32,000 nt of DNA from Pseudomonas aeruginosa (GCF_001457615.1 NZ_LN831024.1:3330001-3362000), one strand, 5' to 3'. Positions 20,510-30,515 are shown, counted from the stretch's first letter. Translations and numbers: made by a program. Notes: generated by a model from the sequence alone, not told the origin.

Positions 20510-21602
20510 TGAATTGCTCTCCGTAGGTGTTGAAGCCGATCACCTGCTGGCTGCGGAGAAACGCGGCGGTAGCTTGCGTGTCACCGCCGACCTCCAGCTC
20601 CAGGCGCCGCAGGAAGCAGTCGCAACCGATGGTCAGCAACGGCGGTCCGAGGCGCTCGTGGAGGCGGCGGAACTGCGCCTCCAGGTTGGGCAACAGCGGG
20701 CCGGTGCTCATCGCGGTGAGAACGATGCCGTTCTCCACCGCACAGTAGAAGGTCAGGCTCAGGTCCTCGTTGGCCTGCTGGATCGAGCGCACGTAATAGC
20801 GTTCGTCGACCCGCACCGCCAGCGGATGCGCGGAGAACAGGGCGAAATCCAGCGCCTGCGGCGCCACCCCGACCAGCCGGGCGTATTCCAGCGCCGCCGG
20901 CTCGGCGTTGAGTTCGTGGACCCGCCGGCTGCCGCTGTCGGCGCGGGTCACCACCAACTTTTCGGCGCGCGGCACCACGTGATGGGTGGTGAAGACCTCG
21001 AAGTCCAGCCAGGTGTTGACCAGCACCACCACTGCCGCCCCGGTATGGAACTGGCCCTGGTGGTAGACATGGGTGTGGGTCAGGTGCCGGTCGTCGCCGG
21101 CCGAGCCACCGAAATGCGGGATCGCGCCGAGCGCCGCGCCAAGCGCGGCGAGCACCACCTCTTCGCGGCTGGACAGGCCGTCGAGCAAGGTCAGGGCGAA
21201 ACTGTGGTCCTTGATCGGCGCCAGGCCGCCGCGGCGACAGCCGGCCACCAGGGTCTCGACCATCTGCTGCGCGTCCAGCAGGCTGAAGCGCTCCATTTCG
21301 TCGATCAGCGCGCTGCTGATGGCGAAGCTGCGCACGTCGAAGCCCACCGCGCTGACGCAGCCGCGTCCGTAGCCCGCCGGAGTGATCTCGCCGGCTGTGG
21401 TGCAGCCGACCAGGTCGATGCCGCCGAAGTAGCGTTCGAGCATCTCGGCAAGGGCCGGCAGGTCGTATTCCGCGGAACAGAAGAACAGCACGAAGCCCAG
21501 GTGCGGATGGATAAGCTGGCGCGCCAGGTCCTGGGCCACCACTTCGACGTCGCGCGCGCTGGACATGCCCCTGCAGACCCCTTCCCCCTGCCCTTCGTAC
21601 AT
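20439..21602 (-). CDS. nosP: FIST-domain nitric-oxide-sensing heme protein NosP
   Basis: FIST_N and FIST_C-like sequence: GFVLFFCSAEYDLPALAEML, DLVGCTTAGEITPAGYG, FGGSAGDD, CDCFLRR, GFNTYGEQFNGMHINQTFTG. ATG at 21602 has GGGGAG upstream; the ORF opens at 21635. Adjacent to nahK. Confidence 0.85.
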   Translation of the reverse strand: MYEGQGEGVCRGMSSARDVEVVAQDLARQLIHPHLGFVLFFCSAEYDLPALAEMLERYFGGIDLVGCTTAGEITPAGYGRGCVSAVGFDVRSFAISSALIDEMERFSLLDAQQMVETLVAGCRRGGLAPIKDHSFALTLLDGLSSREEVVLAALGAALGAIPHFGGSAGDDRHLTHTHVYHQGQFHTGAAVVVLVNTWLDFEVFTTHHVVPRAEKLVVTRADSGSRRVHELNAEPAALEYARLVGVAPQALDFALFSAHPLAVRVDERYYVRSIQQANEDLSLTFYCAVENGIVLTAMSTGPLLPNLEAQFRRLHERLGPPLLTIGCDCFLRRLELEVGGDTQATAAFLRSQQVIGFNTYGEQFNGMHINQTFTGVAIGRPRGGVRR

Positions 21603-21704
21603 GCCCGCTCCCCCGTCGTTCCGCCTCGCCAGCATTCTACGAAGGGCGCCGCCGCGGCCCCTATCCTACTTGGGTCGCGGCGGGGTCCTTCGAAAGTAGC
21701 GGTA

Positions 21705-22904
21705 TCACCAGTTCAGTACGGCGCCGAGGGCCACGGTGTCGGTGTCCTCGTCGAGCGCGGCACCGTCGCGCCCGTCGATCCGGTAGCGGTTCAGCTCGGC
21801 GACCAGCTTGAGGTTGTCGTTGATCGTACGGAAATAGGCGATGCCGCGACTCTCGTAGTCGGCCGCGGAACCCAGGCCGTTGCCGTCGTCGACGGTCTTG
21901 CCGTAGGACAGCGCCAGGCGGTTCTTGCCCCATGAATACGAGCCCTGCAGCAATGCGCCGCGGCTGTCCACCTCGCGCAGCGCGGCTTCGCCGGCGTTGT
22001 TGGTGAAGAAGGGATTGATGCCCTTGGCGGTGAACCCCGAACCGGTCACGGAGAAGCCGCCCATCTTCACCTGCAAGCCATAGCCGACCCCCTTGGAAGT
22101 CACGCTGTCGACGCTGTCGCTGGTGTTCTTCGAAGTCTGGTAGCCGCCGTTGATCCAGCTGTAGACCTGCGCCCCGGCCAGGTCGAACTGGTAGCTGACC
22201 TCGCTCTCGTAGCGCGGGTTGTCCTGGTAGGCCTTGTCGTCGAGGCCGTCGCTGGCATCTTTGTCGATCTGGTTGGAGTCGATCGGGTCGAGGATGCCCA
22301 CGGCGATGCGCAGGCCGGGCAGCAGGTTGTTGTTGCGGTAGGTGATCTGCGAGGTGGGGAACGGATACGGATAGCCGGTGCCGATGTTGCCGAAGGAGAC
22401 GCCCTTGCCGTCCACCAGGCCGAGGGTGTCGCTGGGGTTGCCGAAACCGGCCAGCAGTTCGTCGAGGAAGATGTTCGAGCGCGAGAACAGGCCGAAGTCC
22501 TTGCCGATCAGCACCTCGCCCCAGTCGCCGGCGACCGTGCCGTAGAACTGACGGACGTCGATGGCGGTATCGGTGCCGTCGGTCTCGCTGTCGTTGATGG
22601 TCACCCAGAAGGAAGCGCGACCACCGAGGCTCATCTCGTCGACCTTCCTGCCGAAGTTGAAGCCGATGTAGTTCGGCAGGAATCCCATCTTCACCCGCGA
22701 CTGGCGGCGATCGTAGGTCTCGCCCTGGCGGTCGACGTCGCTGTTGACGTAGAAGGCGTTGAAGTAGCCGTCGGTGGAAAAGGTGGTCTCGTCCTTGTCG
22801 TACAGCAGGATATCGGCGGCGGCCGGTTGCAGGCCGCCCAGGGCACCCAGCGAGGCCAGGGTCAGCGGCAGGATTCGGCGAACGGCGGTGTTGTTCTTGT
22901 TCAT
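21705..22904 (-). CDS. Outer-membrane porin-like beta-barrel protein (399 aa)
   Basis: Signal peptide MNKNNTAVRRILPLTLASLGALGGLQPAAAD, alternating amphipathic strands, RQFYGTVAGDWGEVLIGKDFG, C-terminal aromatic residue (GAVLNW). Confidence 0.8.
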   Translation of the reverse strand: MNKNNTAVRRILPLTLASLGALGGLQPAAADILLYDKDETTFSTDGYFNAFYVNSDVDRQGETYDRRQSRVKMGFLPNYIGFNFGRKVDEMSLGGRASFWVTINDSETDGTDTAIDVRQFYGTVAGDWGEVLIGKDFGLFSRSNIFLDELLAGFGNPSDTLGLVDGKGVSFGNIGTGYPYPFPTSQITYRNNNLLPGLRIAVGILDPIDSNQIDKDASDGLDDKAYQDNPRYESEVSYQFDLAGAQVYSWINGGYQTSKNTSDSVDSVTSKGVGYGLQVKMGGFSVTGSGFTAKGINPFFTNNAGEAALREVDSRGALLQGSYSWGKNRLALSYGKTVDDGNGLGSAADYESRGIAYFRTINDNLKLVAELNRYRIDGRDGAALDEDTDTVALGAVLNW

Positions 22905-22924
22905 GGCGCACTCCGCGAGGTGAA

Positions 22925-22941
22925 ACGACCGGGCCGGTCGT
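22925..22941. promoter_or_regulatory. Perfect inverted repeat upstream of the porin gene
   Basis: ACGACCGG-G-CCGGTCGT, 8-bp arms, about 20 nt upstream of the porin ATG. Confidence 0.5.
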
Positions 22942-23170
22942 GGCGGAGCCGATTATCGAAACCGGGAAAGCCCTGCCATACGCTTCCTTGGGCCTGCTTC
23001 GACGCTTCTTCATGGTGGGCGTGGGTGCCGCTGCGCAAGGCGCGGGCAGCGCTCCTCCGGCGGTAGCGCAACCTTGGTCGCGGCGGGAGCGCCACCGAAG
23101 CAGCGCGGCTTTCGACCTAACGCCGCAGTGACGCCGGCAAGGCTGTCGTCGAGTTACCGCGTGGCTCGCT

Positions 23171-25498
23171 TCAGCGCCGGCTGGAAAGCACCCACCAGCC
23201 GCCACGCGCCTCCAGCAACCGGGCCTGGGCCGCGAGCAGGTCGTCGCCGCTCAGGCCGAGGGCGGCCTCGGCGAGCAGCCGGGAGCGACCGGCACCACCG
23301 CCAAGGTGCTCCGCCCAGGCGCGCCGTGCTCGCTCGGCGAAGCTACCCGGTGCTCGGCGCAGGTCGTCGGCGAGGGCTTCGCGCAGGCCGGCCAGGCGTC
23401 GCGCCGGCAGTTGCGCGAGCGCCTCGGCGGAGCGCTGGAGGAAGGTCTCCATATGCTCCAGCAGGCGTTCCGGGCAGGCACGCGGAGATTGCGCGGCGAA
23501 CAGCAGGCCGCGCCGGGCGCCGACCTCGCGGAAGCCGCAGAACAACGCGTAGCCCAGTTGCAGCTCGTCGCGCAGGCGCCGCTGGAAGGCCGGTTCGTGC
23601 AGGCGCGCCAGCAAGCGCCAGGCCGCCTCCATCGGCACCTCCTGCGTGGGCAGCGGACAGAACAGCAGCAACGCCGACTCGCCGTCCATGGCCAGTTCGC
23701 GGCGATGCCGTCCGGGCCTCGGCGGCAGAGGCTCCAGGCGCTCGCCGGCAGCCTGGCCGGGCATCCATCGGGGATCTGGCATCGCGGCCTGCATGACCAA
23801 GGCGTCCCAGCGGGTCCGCCGCCAGTCGTCGACCTCCGCCAGCGGCTCGCCGAGTAGGCCGGGCAAGGCGTCCAGCAACTGCCGGATCGGCAGGCCACTG
23901 GCGCTGCGGCGCCGCTCGGCGGAGGACAGACGCTCGCCGTTTGCGCGCCAGTCGGGCGGCGCCGCGAGGAGCCGGGCCAGGGCCGGGCGCACGGCGGCCT
24001 CGAGGCGATCGCGCGGACCGAGCAGGCTCAGCGACCAGTCTTCGCCGAGCGCCTCCAGGCCCATCTCCACTCCCCCCAGGCGCGCCTGGCCGCACAGCGG
24101 ACGCAACGCCTGGCGCAGCGCCAGGAAGCGTGACCGTGCGGGCACACCGGGAAAGCGCCAGCGCAGGAACAGCGCGCCCTCGGCGGCGGCACTGGGCGGC
24201 AACGGCAGTTCGAAGCGCCAGGCATGCCGCTGCGCGGCCAGCGGCGGCGCTGCGGCAACCGGCGCCACACTCAGGCGGAAGCCCGCCGACCAGCGCGCTT
24301 CGGCACCGTCGAGTTCGCTGTCCAGGTGCAGCCGCAGGCAACGGTCGGCGCGCAGCGCGTCCAGGCAGGCCGGGCGAATCTCCGCTGGCAGGCCAAGAAC
24401 GCGCTGGCGTAGTCGCTCCAGCGGTGCAGTGGGCTCCGCCAGCAACGGCCGGCGCGCCGCCAGCAGGCTGGCGGCATCGTCGCGCAGGTCGCCCAGCCAG
24501 TCGAAAAAGGCCGCCTCCAGCGCCGCCGCCGCGCTGCCGTCGAACAGTTCGAAGGTCAACGCCAGGAGCGCCTGCCGCGCGTCCCGATGAACCACCCGCA
24601 GCGCCGCCGATTCGCCCAGGCCCTGTTCGCCGAGTGCCGCCAGCAACCCGCCCGGCGAGCGATCGCCGAGCAATTCGGCGAACGCCTGCAGGGTCTGTTC
24701 GTCGGCCTCCCGCAAAGCGTCGAGGGCAAAGCCCAGCACCAGCCGCGGCGGTCCCGGCAGGCGCAGCGCCAGCGCTTCGCCGGCGAAGGGCAGCAACGGC
24801 GGCGGCGGCGGACTCGCGCCTGGCGCGCGCCCCGGCAGGTCGGCGCAGGCACGCTGCGCCAGCCTCTCCAGCTCGTCCAGTGCCTGCGGCCCTTGCAGCC
24901 ATAGCTGGCAATTGCCGGCGTGATAGTGGGCGGCATGGAATTCGCGCAGGGCCCGCTGGAACGCATCGTTCTCCAGGGCCAGGCTGTCGCGGCGCCCGGC
25001 AGCGAAACGCCGCAGGGGGTGTCCGGCGGGCAGGCCGAGGGCCAGCGCTGCGTCGATCAGGGTCTGCTCGTCGGCCGAGCGCGCCAGGTATTCGGCCTCG
25101 AGTACTTCGCGCTCGCGCCGTTGCGCATCGATGTCCAGCAAGGGGCGGGCGAGCATGTCGATCAGCCGTGCCAGACCGGCGCCAAGGTGCTCCGCCGTCA
25201 CCTCGAAGAAATAGTCGGTGGTCCTGCCCCGGGTGCTGGCGTTGACCTGGCCGCCGCGCACCTGCAACCACGGCATCAGGCGCTCGTCGCCGGGAAACGC
25301 CGCGCCACCGAGAAACGACAGGTGCTCGAGGAAGTGGGCCAGGCCGGGATGCGCGCTCGGCTCGTCGTGGCTGCCCGCCGCCACCCGCAGCCAGGCAGCG
25401 GCGCGCGATGCCGCCGGATCATGCGCCAGGTGCAGGCGCAGGCCGTTGGGCAGCACGCAGGCGCGGCTCCTGGGGTGGTGTTGGGCGTGGCGATCCAT
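23171..25498 (-). CDS. pqqF: M16-family metallopeptidase PqqF (775 aa)
   Basis: GLRLHLAHDPAASRAAAWLRVAAGSHDEPSAHPGLAHFLEHLSFLGG with HxxEH zinc motif; GGQVNASTRGRTTDYFFEV; large two-part M16 protein. Confidence 0.92.
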   Translation of the reverse strand: MDRHAQHHPRSRACVLPNGLRLHLAHDPAASRAAAWLRVAAGSHDEPSAHPGLAHFLEHLSFLGGAAFPGDERLMPWLQVRGGQVNASTRGRTTDYFFEVTAEHLGAGLARLIDMLARPLLDIDAQRREREVLEAEYLARSADEQTLIDAALALGLPAGHPLRRFAAGRRDSLALENDAFQRALREFHAAHYHAGNCQLWLQGPQALDELERLAQRACADLPGRAPGASPPPPPLLPFAGEALALRLPGPPRLVLGFALDALREADEQTLQAFAELLGDRSPGGLLAALGEQGLGESAALRVVHRDARQALLALTFELFDGSAAAALEAAFFDWLGDLRDDAASLLAARRPLLAEPTAPLERLRQRVLGLPAEIRPACLDALRADRCLRLHLDSELDGAEARWSAGFRLSVAPVAAAPPLAAQRHAWRFELPLPPSAAAEGALFLRWRFPGVPARSRFLALRQALRPLCGQARLGGVEMGLEALGEDWSLSLLGPRDRLEAAVRPALARLLAAPPDWRANGERLSSAERRRSASGLPIRQLLDALPGLLGEPLAEVDDWRRTRWDALVMQAAMPDPRWMPGQAAGERLEPLPPRPGRHRRELAMDGESALLLFCPLPTQEVPMEAAWRLLARLHEPAFQRRLRDELQLGYALFCGFREVGARRGLLFAAQSPRACPERLLEHMETFLQRSAEALAQLPARRLAGLREALADDLRRAPGSFAERARRAWAEHLGGGAGRSRLLAEAALGLSGDDLLAAQARLLEARGGWWVLSSRR

Positions 25499-25574
25499 GG
25501 GCGTCCTCGCGGGTTCCGAGGCTGAACCTTACCCTTCCGCGAGGCGAAGGAAATAGTCCTTTCGCCGAGTCGTA

Positions 25575-27278
25575 TCAGGAAGCCGGCGGCTCCTGGCCAG
25601 ACGCTTCCTCGGAGTACAGCGCCCGTCCGCCGTCGGCCTTGAGCGCCTGCAGGACCTCCGGCGCACGGCACGGGGCGAACAGGTCGAGGCCGGGATCGTA
25701 GGCGCCGGTGCGCACTTCCAGCAGGCCGAGCATCGAGTGGAACAGGTTGTCCTGGGACAGCTCCTCGTTGCTGCGCTGGCGCAGGCAGCCACTGTCGAGG
25801 CCGAAGGCGCTCTGGTAGCCGGGCGAGAACCAGGCCAGCATGCCGACGTGCTTCTGCTGGTCCGGCGCCAGCAGGTAAGGCGTGCCATGCAGGTAGAGGT
25901 TGTACTCGCCGAGCGACTCGCCATGGTCGGAGAGGTAGAGCATGCCGGTATCGATGCGCTCTTCGTTCTTGCGCAGCAGGTCGATCAGGCTGGCCAGCAC
26001 GTGGTCGGTGTACAGCAGGGTGTTGTCGTAGCCGTTGATGATGCTGTCCCGCGAGCAGGCGCTGAAGTCGTTGCTGGCGCAGACCGGGGTGAACTTCTCG
26101 TACTCCCTGGGATAGCGCTTGAAGTAGGCCGGGCCGTGGCTGCCCATCTGGTGCAGGACCAGCACGGTGTCCTGTTGCAGCCCGTCGATGAAGGCCTGCA
26201 AGTCGCGCAGGAGGATCTCGTCATGGCACTCGCCGCCGGCGCACAGGGCCGGATCCTTGCTCTCGCTCAGGTCCTGGAAGGCGACGCGGTCGCAGGTGCC
26301 CTTGCAGCCGGACTGGTTGTCCCGCCACAGGACCCGCAGGCCTGCGCGCTGCAACACATCGAGAAGGCCTTCCTGGGTGCGCGCGCGAGCGTCGCTGTAG
26401 TCCGCGCGGCCCAGGTTGGAGAACATGCAGGGCACCGACACCGCGGTCTCGGTACCGCAGGAGTGCACGTTGGAGAAGTTGATCAGGCCCTCCTCGGCCT
26501 TCAGCCGCGGGTTGGTCTCGCGAGCGTAGCCGTTGAGGCCGAAGTTCTGTGCCCGCGCGCTCTCACCCACCACCAGCACGGTCAGCGACTTGCGCGCATG
26601 GCCCTGCCACAGGTCGGCGCGCCGGGCATCGACGGCGATCGGCCGCAGCGGCTGGCTGGCGGCCTGGGCCTGGCCCTTGGCGTAGCCGATGGCGGCGCCG
26701 ACCAGGTTGCTCGGGGTGACCTGCAGGCGCAGTTCCTTGTTGTTGCGGAACAGCGAGGACAGCCCCTGGTAATTGGTCAGCGCCACCCCGGCAAGCAGGG
26801 CCAGGCAGGCGAGCGCCACCAGCAGCTTGCTCAGCAGCTCGCGTGGCCACGGCCGGTAGCGCACCGGCGTGCGCCACAGCAGCCAGACCGGCAGCGCGCC
26901 AAGCAACGCCAGGTAGACGGCGAGCTTCGGCGAAAGCAGGTCGGCGACCTCGGCCGGGTTGGTCTGCATGACGTTGCGCAGCATGCCGACGTCCATCAGC
27001 ACGCCGTACTGGGTCATGAAGTAGGTGGTACCGGCGGCCGCCAGGATCAGCAGGGTCAGCGCCGGCTTGAGCAGCCAGCGGAACGCCAGCAGGGTCAGCG
27101 CCAGGTTGAAGATCGCGGCGATCATCAGGCCGACCGCCAGCATCATGCCGAGGCCCTGCCAGCCCCCCGGGGTGATCGCCAGCAGGCGTTGCCACAGCGG
27201 CAGGTTGTAGAACAGCAGGAAGGCGAGGCTGACCAGCAGGGTCAGCAGTTCGGGACGGACGGCGCGGGCTTTCGACAT
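25575..27278 (-). CDS. eptA: Phosphoethanolamine transferase, EptA-like (567 aa)
   Basis: Five N-terminal TM segments; VLVVGESARAQNFGLNGYARETNP, GTETAVSVPCMFSNLGR, YLSDHGESLGEYNLYLHGTPY, as in the sulfatase-type EptA/MCR family. Confidence 0.9.
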   Translation of the reverse strand: MSKARAVRPELLTLLVSLAFLLFYNLPLWQRLLAITPGGWQGLGMMLAVGLMIAAIFNLALTLLAFRWLLKPALTLLILAAAGTTYFMTQYGVLMDVGMLRNVMQTNPAEVADLLSPKLAVYLALLGALPVWLLWRTPVRYRPWPRELLSKLLVALACLALLAGVALTNYQGLSSLFRNNKELRLQVTPSNLVGAAIGYAKGQAQAASQPLRPIAVDARRADLWQGHARKSLTVLVVGESARAQNFGLNGYARETNPRLKAEEGLINFSNVHSCGTETAVSVPCMFSNLGRADYSDARARTQEGLLDVLQRAGLRVLWRDNQSGCKGTCDRVAFQDLSESKDPALCAGGECHDEILLRDLQAFIDGLQQDTVLVLHQMGSHGPAYFKRYPREYEKFTPVCASNDFSACSRDSIINGYDNTLLYTDHVLASLIDLLRKNEERIDTGMLYLSDHGESLGEYNLYLHGTPYLLAPDQQKHVGMLAWFSPGYQSAFGLDSGCLRQRSNEELSQDNLFHSMLGLLEVRTGAYDPGLDLFAPCRAPEVLQALKADGGRALYSEEASGQEPPAS

Positions 27279-27803
27279 GGGCACGGATCTTCACTGACTT
27301 CCGGGTTGCCGTGCGCAGCGTTGCCCCTGGCAGCACTCGACGACGGCGGCAGTCTGCTCGGCGATCCGTCAATCTTTCGTGAAGAATACCTACAGAAAAC
27401 GTAACCCTCCGAAAGCGCCGAAACCCTTGTATTCCGGGGCTTTCAGCCGGATTGCAAAAAGTTCGCGGGAAGCTTTCCGGGAGCTCTCCGGGTTCGCCGG
27501 CATCCCCCCGCATGGCGCCGCCGATGCGGGCGGAAGACAGCAAGCGGCAAGGAACGCGGAGCGCTCCGGCGCCAGTGCCTACGGACTGTTCTGATTGCGA
27601 CGTCGTTTTTCAACAAAAGGACAGCCAGACCAATGTCTATCCCGCGACCCCGGCATTTTCGTTAGCATGCCAAGCTTACGGCCCGGTTCCCACAAGGACG
27701 GCGGCCGCCTCCCCTGCTCGTCCCATCCAGATGAGTGCCGTTTCCCCTACCCCCCGGGAAACCCTTCTGTGAATTTCCTCGAGCAGCGCGGTACCTCTCC
27801 AGC

Positions 27804-29117
27804 ATGAACGCTTTGAAAGGCCGGGACATCCTGGCGCTTGGTTTTATGACCTTTGCCCTGTTCGTCGGGGCCGGCAACATCATCTTCCCGCCCATCGTCG
27901 GCTTGCAGTCCGGCCCCCATGTGTGGCTGGCGGCGCTGGGCTTCCTGATCACCGCGGTGGGGCTGCCGGTGATCACCGTGATCGCCCTGGCCAAGGTCGG
28001 CGGTTCGGTCGACGCCCTCAGCCATCCGATCGGCAGGTATGCCGGCGGCCTGCTGGCGGCGGTCTGCTACCTGGCGGTCGGCCCGCTGTTCGCCATTCCG
28101 CGCACCGCCACGGTGTCCTTCGAGGTCGGCGTGGTGCCGCTGCTCGGCGAGAGCGGCACGGCGCTGTTCGTCTACAGCCTGGCGTACTTCCTTCTGGCCC
28201 TGGCCATCTCCCTCTACCCCGGTCGCCTGCTGGACACCGTCGGACGCTTCCTCGCCCCGCTGAAGATCCTCGCCCTGGCGATTCTCGGCGTCGCCGCCTT
28301 CCTCTGGCCCGCCGGCCCGATCGGCACGGCCCAGCCGGAGTACACCCAGGCCGCGTTCTCCCAGGGTTTCGTCAACGGCTACCTGACCATGGACACCCTC
28401 GCCGCGCTGGTCTTCGGCATCGTCATCGTCAACGCCATCCGTTCCCGCGGCGTGCAGTCGCCGCGGCTGATCACCCGCTATGCCATCGTCGCCGGGCTGA
28501 TCGCCGGCGTCGGCCTGGTGCTGGTCTACGTCAGCCTGTTCCGGCTCGGCGCCGGCAGCCATGCCATCGCCGCCGACGCCAGCAACGGCGCGGCGGTCCT
28601 GCATGCCTACGTGCAACATACCTTCGGCAGCCTCGGCAGCTCGTTCCTGGCGGGACTTATCGCGCTGGCCTGCCTGGTCACCGCGGTCGGCCTGACCTGC
28701 GCCTGCGCCGAGTACTTCTGCCAGCGCCTGCCGCTGTCCTACCGCAGCCTGGTGATCATCCTGGCAGGGTTCTCCTTCATCGTTTCCAACCTCGGCCTGA
28801 CCAAGCTGATCCAGGTCTCGATCCCGGTGCTCACCGCGATCTATCCGCCGTGCATCGTGCTGGTGGCGCTGAGCTTCTGCATCGGCCTCTGGCATTCGGC
28901 GACGCGCATCCTCGCCCCGGTGATGCTGGTTTCCCTGGCGTTCGGCGTGCTCGATGCCCTGAAGGCGGCGGGCCTGGGCCAGGACTTCCCGCAATGGCTG
29001 CTGCACCTGCCGCTGGCCGAACAGGGCCTGGCCTGGTTGATCCCCTCGGTCGCCACTCTCGCCGCCTGCAGCCTGGTCGACCGCCTGCTGGGCAAGCCTG
29101 CGCAAGTCGCCGCCTGA
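27804..29117 (+). CDS. braZ: Branched-chain amino acid transporter BraZ (BrnQ/LIV-II family, 437 aa)
   Basis: [67 protein letters not shown]. Confidence 0.93.
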   Translation: MNALKGRDILALGFMTFALFVGAGNIIFPPIVGLQSGPHVWLAALGFLITAVGLPVITVIALAKVGGSVDALSHPIGRYAGGLLAAVCYLAVGPLFAIPRTATVSFEVGVVPLLGESGTALFVYSLAYFLLALAISLYPGRLLDTVGRFLAPLKILALAILGVAAFLWPAGPIGTAQPEYTQAAFSQGFVNGYLTMDTLAALVFGIVIVNAIRSRGVQSPRLITRYAIVAGLIAGVGLVLVYVSLFRLGAGSHAIAADASNGAAVLHAYVQHTFGSLGSSFLAGLIALACLVTAVGLTCACAEYFCQRLPLSYRSLVIILAGFSFIVSNLGLTKLIQVSIPVLTAIYPPCIVLVALSFCIGLWHSATRILAPVMLVSLAFGVLDALKAAGLGQDFPQWLLHLPLAEQGLAWLIPSVATLAACSLVDRLLGKPAQVAA

Positions 29118-29136
29118 GCAGGCCCCAGCGGCCTGC
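29118..29136 (+). terminator. Possible hairpin after braZ
   Basis: GCAGGCC-CCAGC-GGCCTGC directly after the stop; weak T tract. Confidence 0.4.
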
Positions 29137-29352
29137 CGCTTGTTCTCCCGGCCGAGCGCGGGACATGCCGGCGGGCGGCGCCAATCGCGTCGTACACCCC
29201 ACGGCCCGGCTGGCGCCTGCCGCCGCCGGCAGCGCTTCTTCCCGCGTTCAGCCGAACGAATAAGCACTATCGAGCAGGATGATTTCTAGCGCAGCGGCGC
29301 GGTTGTTAGCCTTTCGACCATTCCCCCAGGAAAGCGAATCCAGGAGCCGGTC

Positions 29353-29592
29353 ATGGCCAAGGCACTCATCAGCGTACTGTTGTTCTCCCTCGCCCTCGCC
29401 GGCTGCGCCAGCGACTACAACCCCTCTCGCCCGTACAGCAGCGACGAGGTCAGGCAACTGGCGCTGGAGGACCTGGCCCGGCGCAGCCTGTCGTTCGAGG
29501 AATACCAGGCCAAGCGTCAGGCAATTCTCGAGGAAAAACCGCAAACCGCCGTCAGCCAGTCCAACGCCGCCCTACGCAGTACCGCCATCTGA
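29353..29592 (+). CDS. Small predicted lipoprotein (79 aa)
   Basis: MAKALISVLLFSLALAGCASDYNPSRPYSSDEVRQLALEDLARRSLSFEEYQAKRQAILEE; lipobox LAGC. Confidence 0.8.
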   Translation: MAKALISVLLFSLALAGCASDYNPSRPYSSDEVRQLALEDLARRSLSFEEYQAKRQAILEEKPQTAVSQSNAALRSTAI

Positions 29593-29615
29593 GGCCTCGT
29601 CGAACGGCCAAGAGA

Positions 29616-29636
29616 AAGCCCCGCGATGCGGGGCTT
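29616..29636. terminator. Bidirectional-looking rho-independent terminator
   Basis: AAGCCCCGC-GAT-GCGGGGCTT followed by CTTC, perfect 9-bp stem between two converging genes. Confidence 0.85.
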
Positions 29637-29658
29637 CTTCGTATTCGGGGCTGGGCGG

Positions 29659-30006
29659 TCAGCCGCAGGACAGGCGCTTGATCACCAGCGTGTCGTCGAC
29701 ATCGATGTTCAGCCGGCGCGGGTTGTAGTCCATGGTCACCGCATCGTGCGGGCGCAGCGCCCGGGCGACTTCCGCTCCGGCGGCGCGGCGGGCCTCCTCG
29801 ACGATGGCCGCGGAAGCCTGCTTGCCGACATAGGCCTGCACCGCATTGGCGTCGCAACGGCCGTCCGCTGCCGGGGTGGCCGCGGGCGCGCTGGCGCTGC
29901 CGGTGGCTACGCTGGCGCCTTCGGTGGACGGGCCGTCGCCGTTGCTGCTGCAACCGGCGAGCAGGGCCGCGAGAACGAGTGCACTGGAAAACTGCTTCAA
30001 AGGCAT
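29659..30006 (-). CDS. Predicted lipoprotein with I78-type peptidase-inhibitor-like domain (115 aa)
   Basis: MPLKQFSSALVLAALLAGCSSNGDG lipobox; C-terminal CDANAVQAYVGKQASAAIVEEARRAAGAEVARALRPHDAVTMDYNPRRLNIDVDDTLVIKRLSCG resembles the I78 inhibitor family. Confidence 0.7.
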   Translation of the reverse strand: MPLKQFSSALVLAALLAGCSSNGDGPSTEGASVATGSASAPAATPAADGRCDANAVQAYVGKQASAAIVEEARRAAGAEVARALRPHDAVTMDYNPRRLNIDVDDTLVIKRLSCG

Positions 30007-30097
30007 ACCGCCTCCTCTGATCTTCTGGGATCGCCACCTTACCAGTGGCATGGGTTTCCTGGCGAAACTGCAATCCGCGCTGACAAATTCGCCAGCT

Positions 30098-30331
30098 TCA
30101 GTCGCCGCTCAGGCGCTGCAGTTCGCGACGCACCATGGCCGCGTATTCCGGCGGACGCAGGAGGTAGAGCTGGCCCGCGACCCAGTCCAGCCAGCGGCCG
30201 CCCTGTTCGGCGCGGGCGTCGAGCAGGCGCCGCGCCTCTTCCTCCGCCCGTTGCCGGTGCTGCCGATGGAATGCCTGGCGCTTCGACAGACCGGAGGCAT
30301 CTCCGGTTCGATCGTCGGGAGTGTCGGTCAT
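30098..30331 (-). CDS. Small hypothetical protein (77 aa)
   Basis: MTDTPDDRTGDASGLSKRQAFHRQHRQRAEEEARRLLDARAEQGGRWLDWVAGQLYLLRPPEYAAMVRRELQRLSGD; the ORF opens at 30355. Confidence 0.65.
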   Translation of the reverse strand: MTDTPDDRTGDASGLSKRQAFHRQHRQRAEEEARRLLDARAEQGGRWLDWVAGQLYLLRPPEYAAMVRRELQRLSGD

Positions 30332-30515
30332 GGCTCTCTTCGCAACCTGCTGCACAAGTCGGACATTCTAACCGCGGAACGCCGTTGCCGTTCGCGGCAA
30401 GCGCTTGCCTCCGCCCCGCCCTGCGCCATGCGCCGAGCCCTCTGGCGCGGGGTTCGGCGACCTGGCACGGCCCTTGCGACGGAGCGGCGGTCATTCATTT
30501 CCATGGAAGCAGGTC

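Noticed and set aside
21649-21683. CCGCCGCG...CGCGGCGG hairpin between the porin gene and nosP
   Set aside because: An 8-bp GC-only stem with a 19-nt loop and no T tract; expected by chance in this GC-rich sequence.
20361-21935. Long + strand ORF (524 aa) antisense to nosP
   Set aside because: Opposite nosP and the start of nahK, low-complexity R/A/Q/H-rich translation without motifs. A typical product of high-GC third positions in Pseudomonas.
21661-23205. 514-aa minus-strand ORF overlapping the porin gene
   Set aside because: Same strand, other frame. The porin frame has the signal peptide, strand pattern and terminal aromatic; this one is R/G/P-rich noise.
27595-27807. 70-aa ORF upstream of braZ as a possible leader peptide
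   Set aside because: No clear Shine-Dalgarno, no run of branched-chain codons and no attenuator-like hairpins; not enough support.
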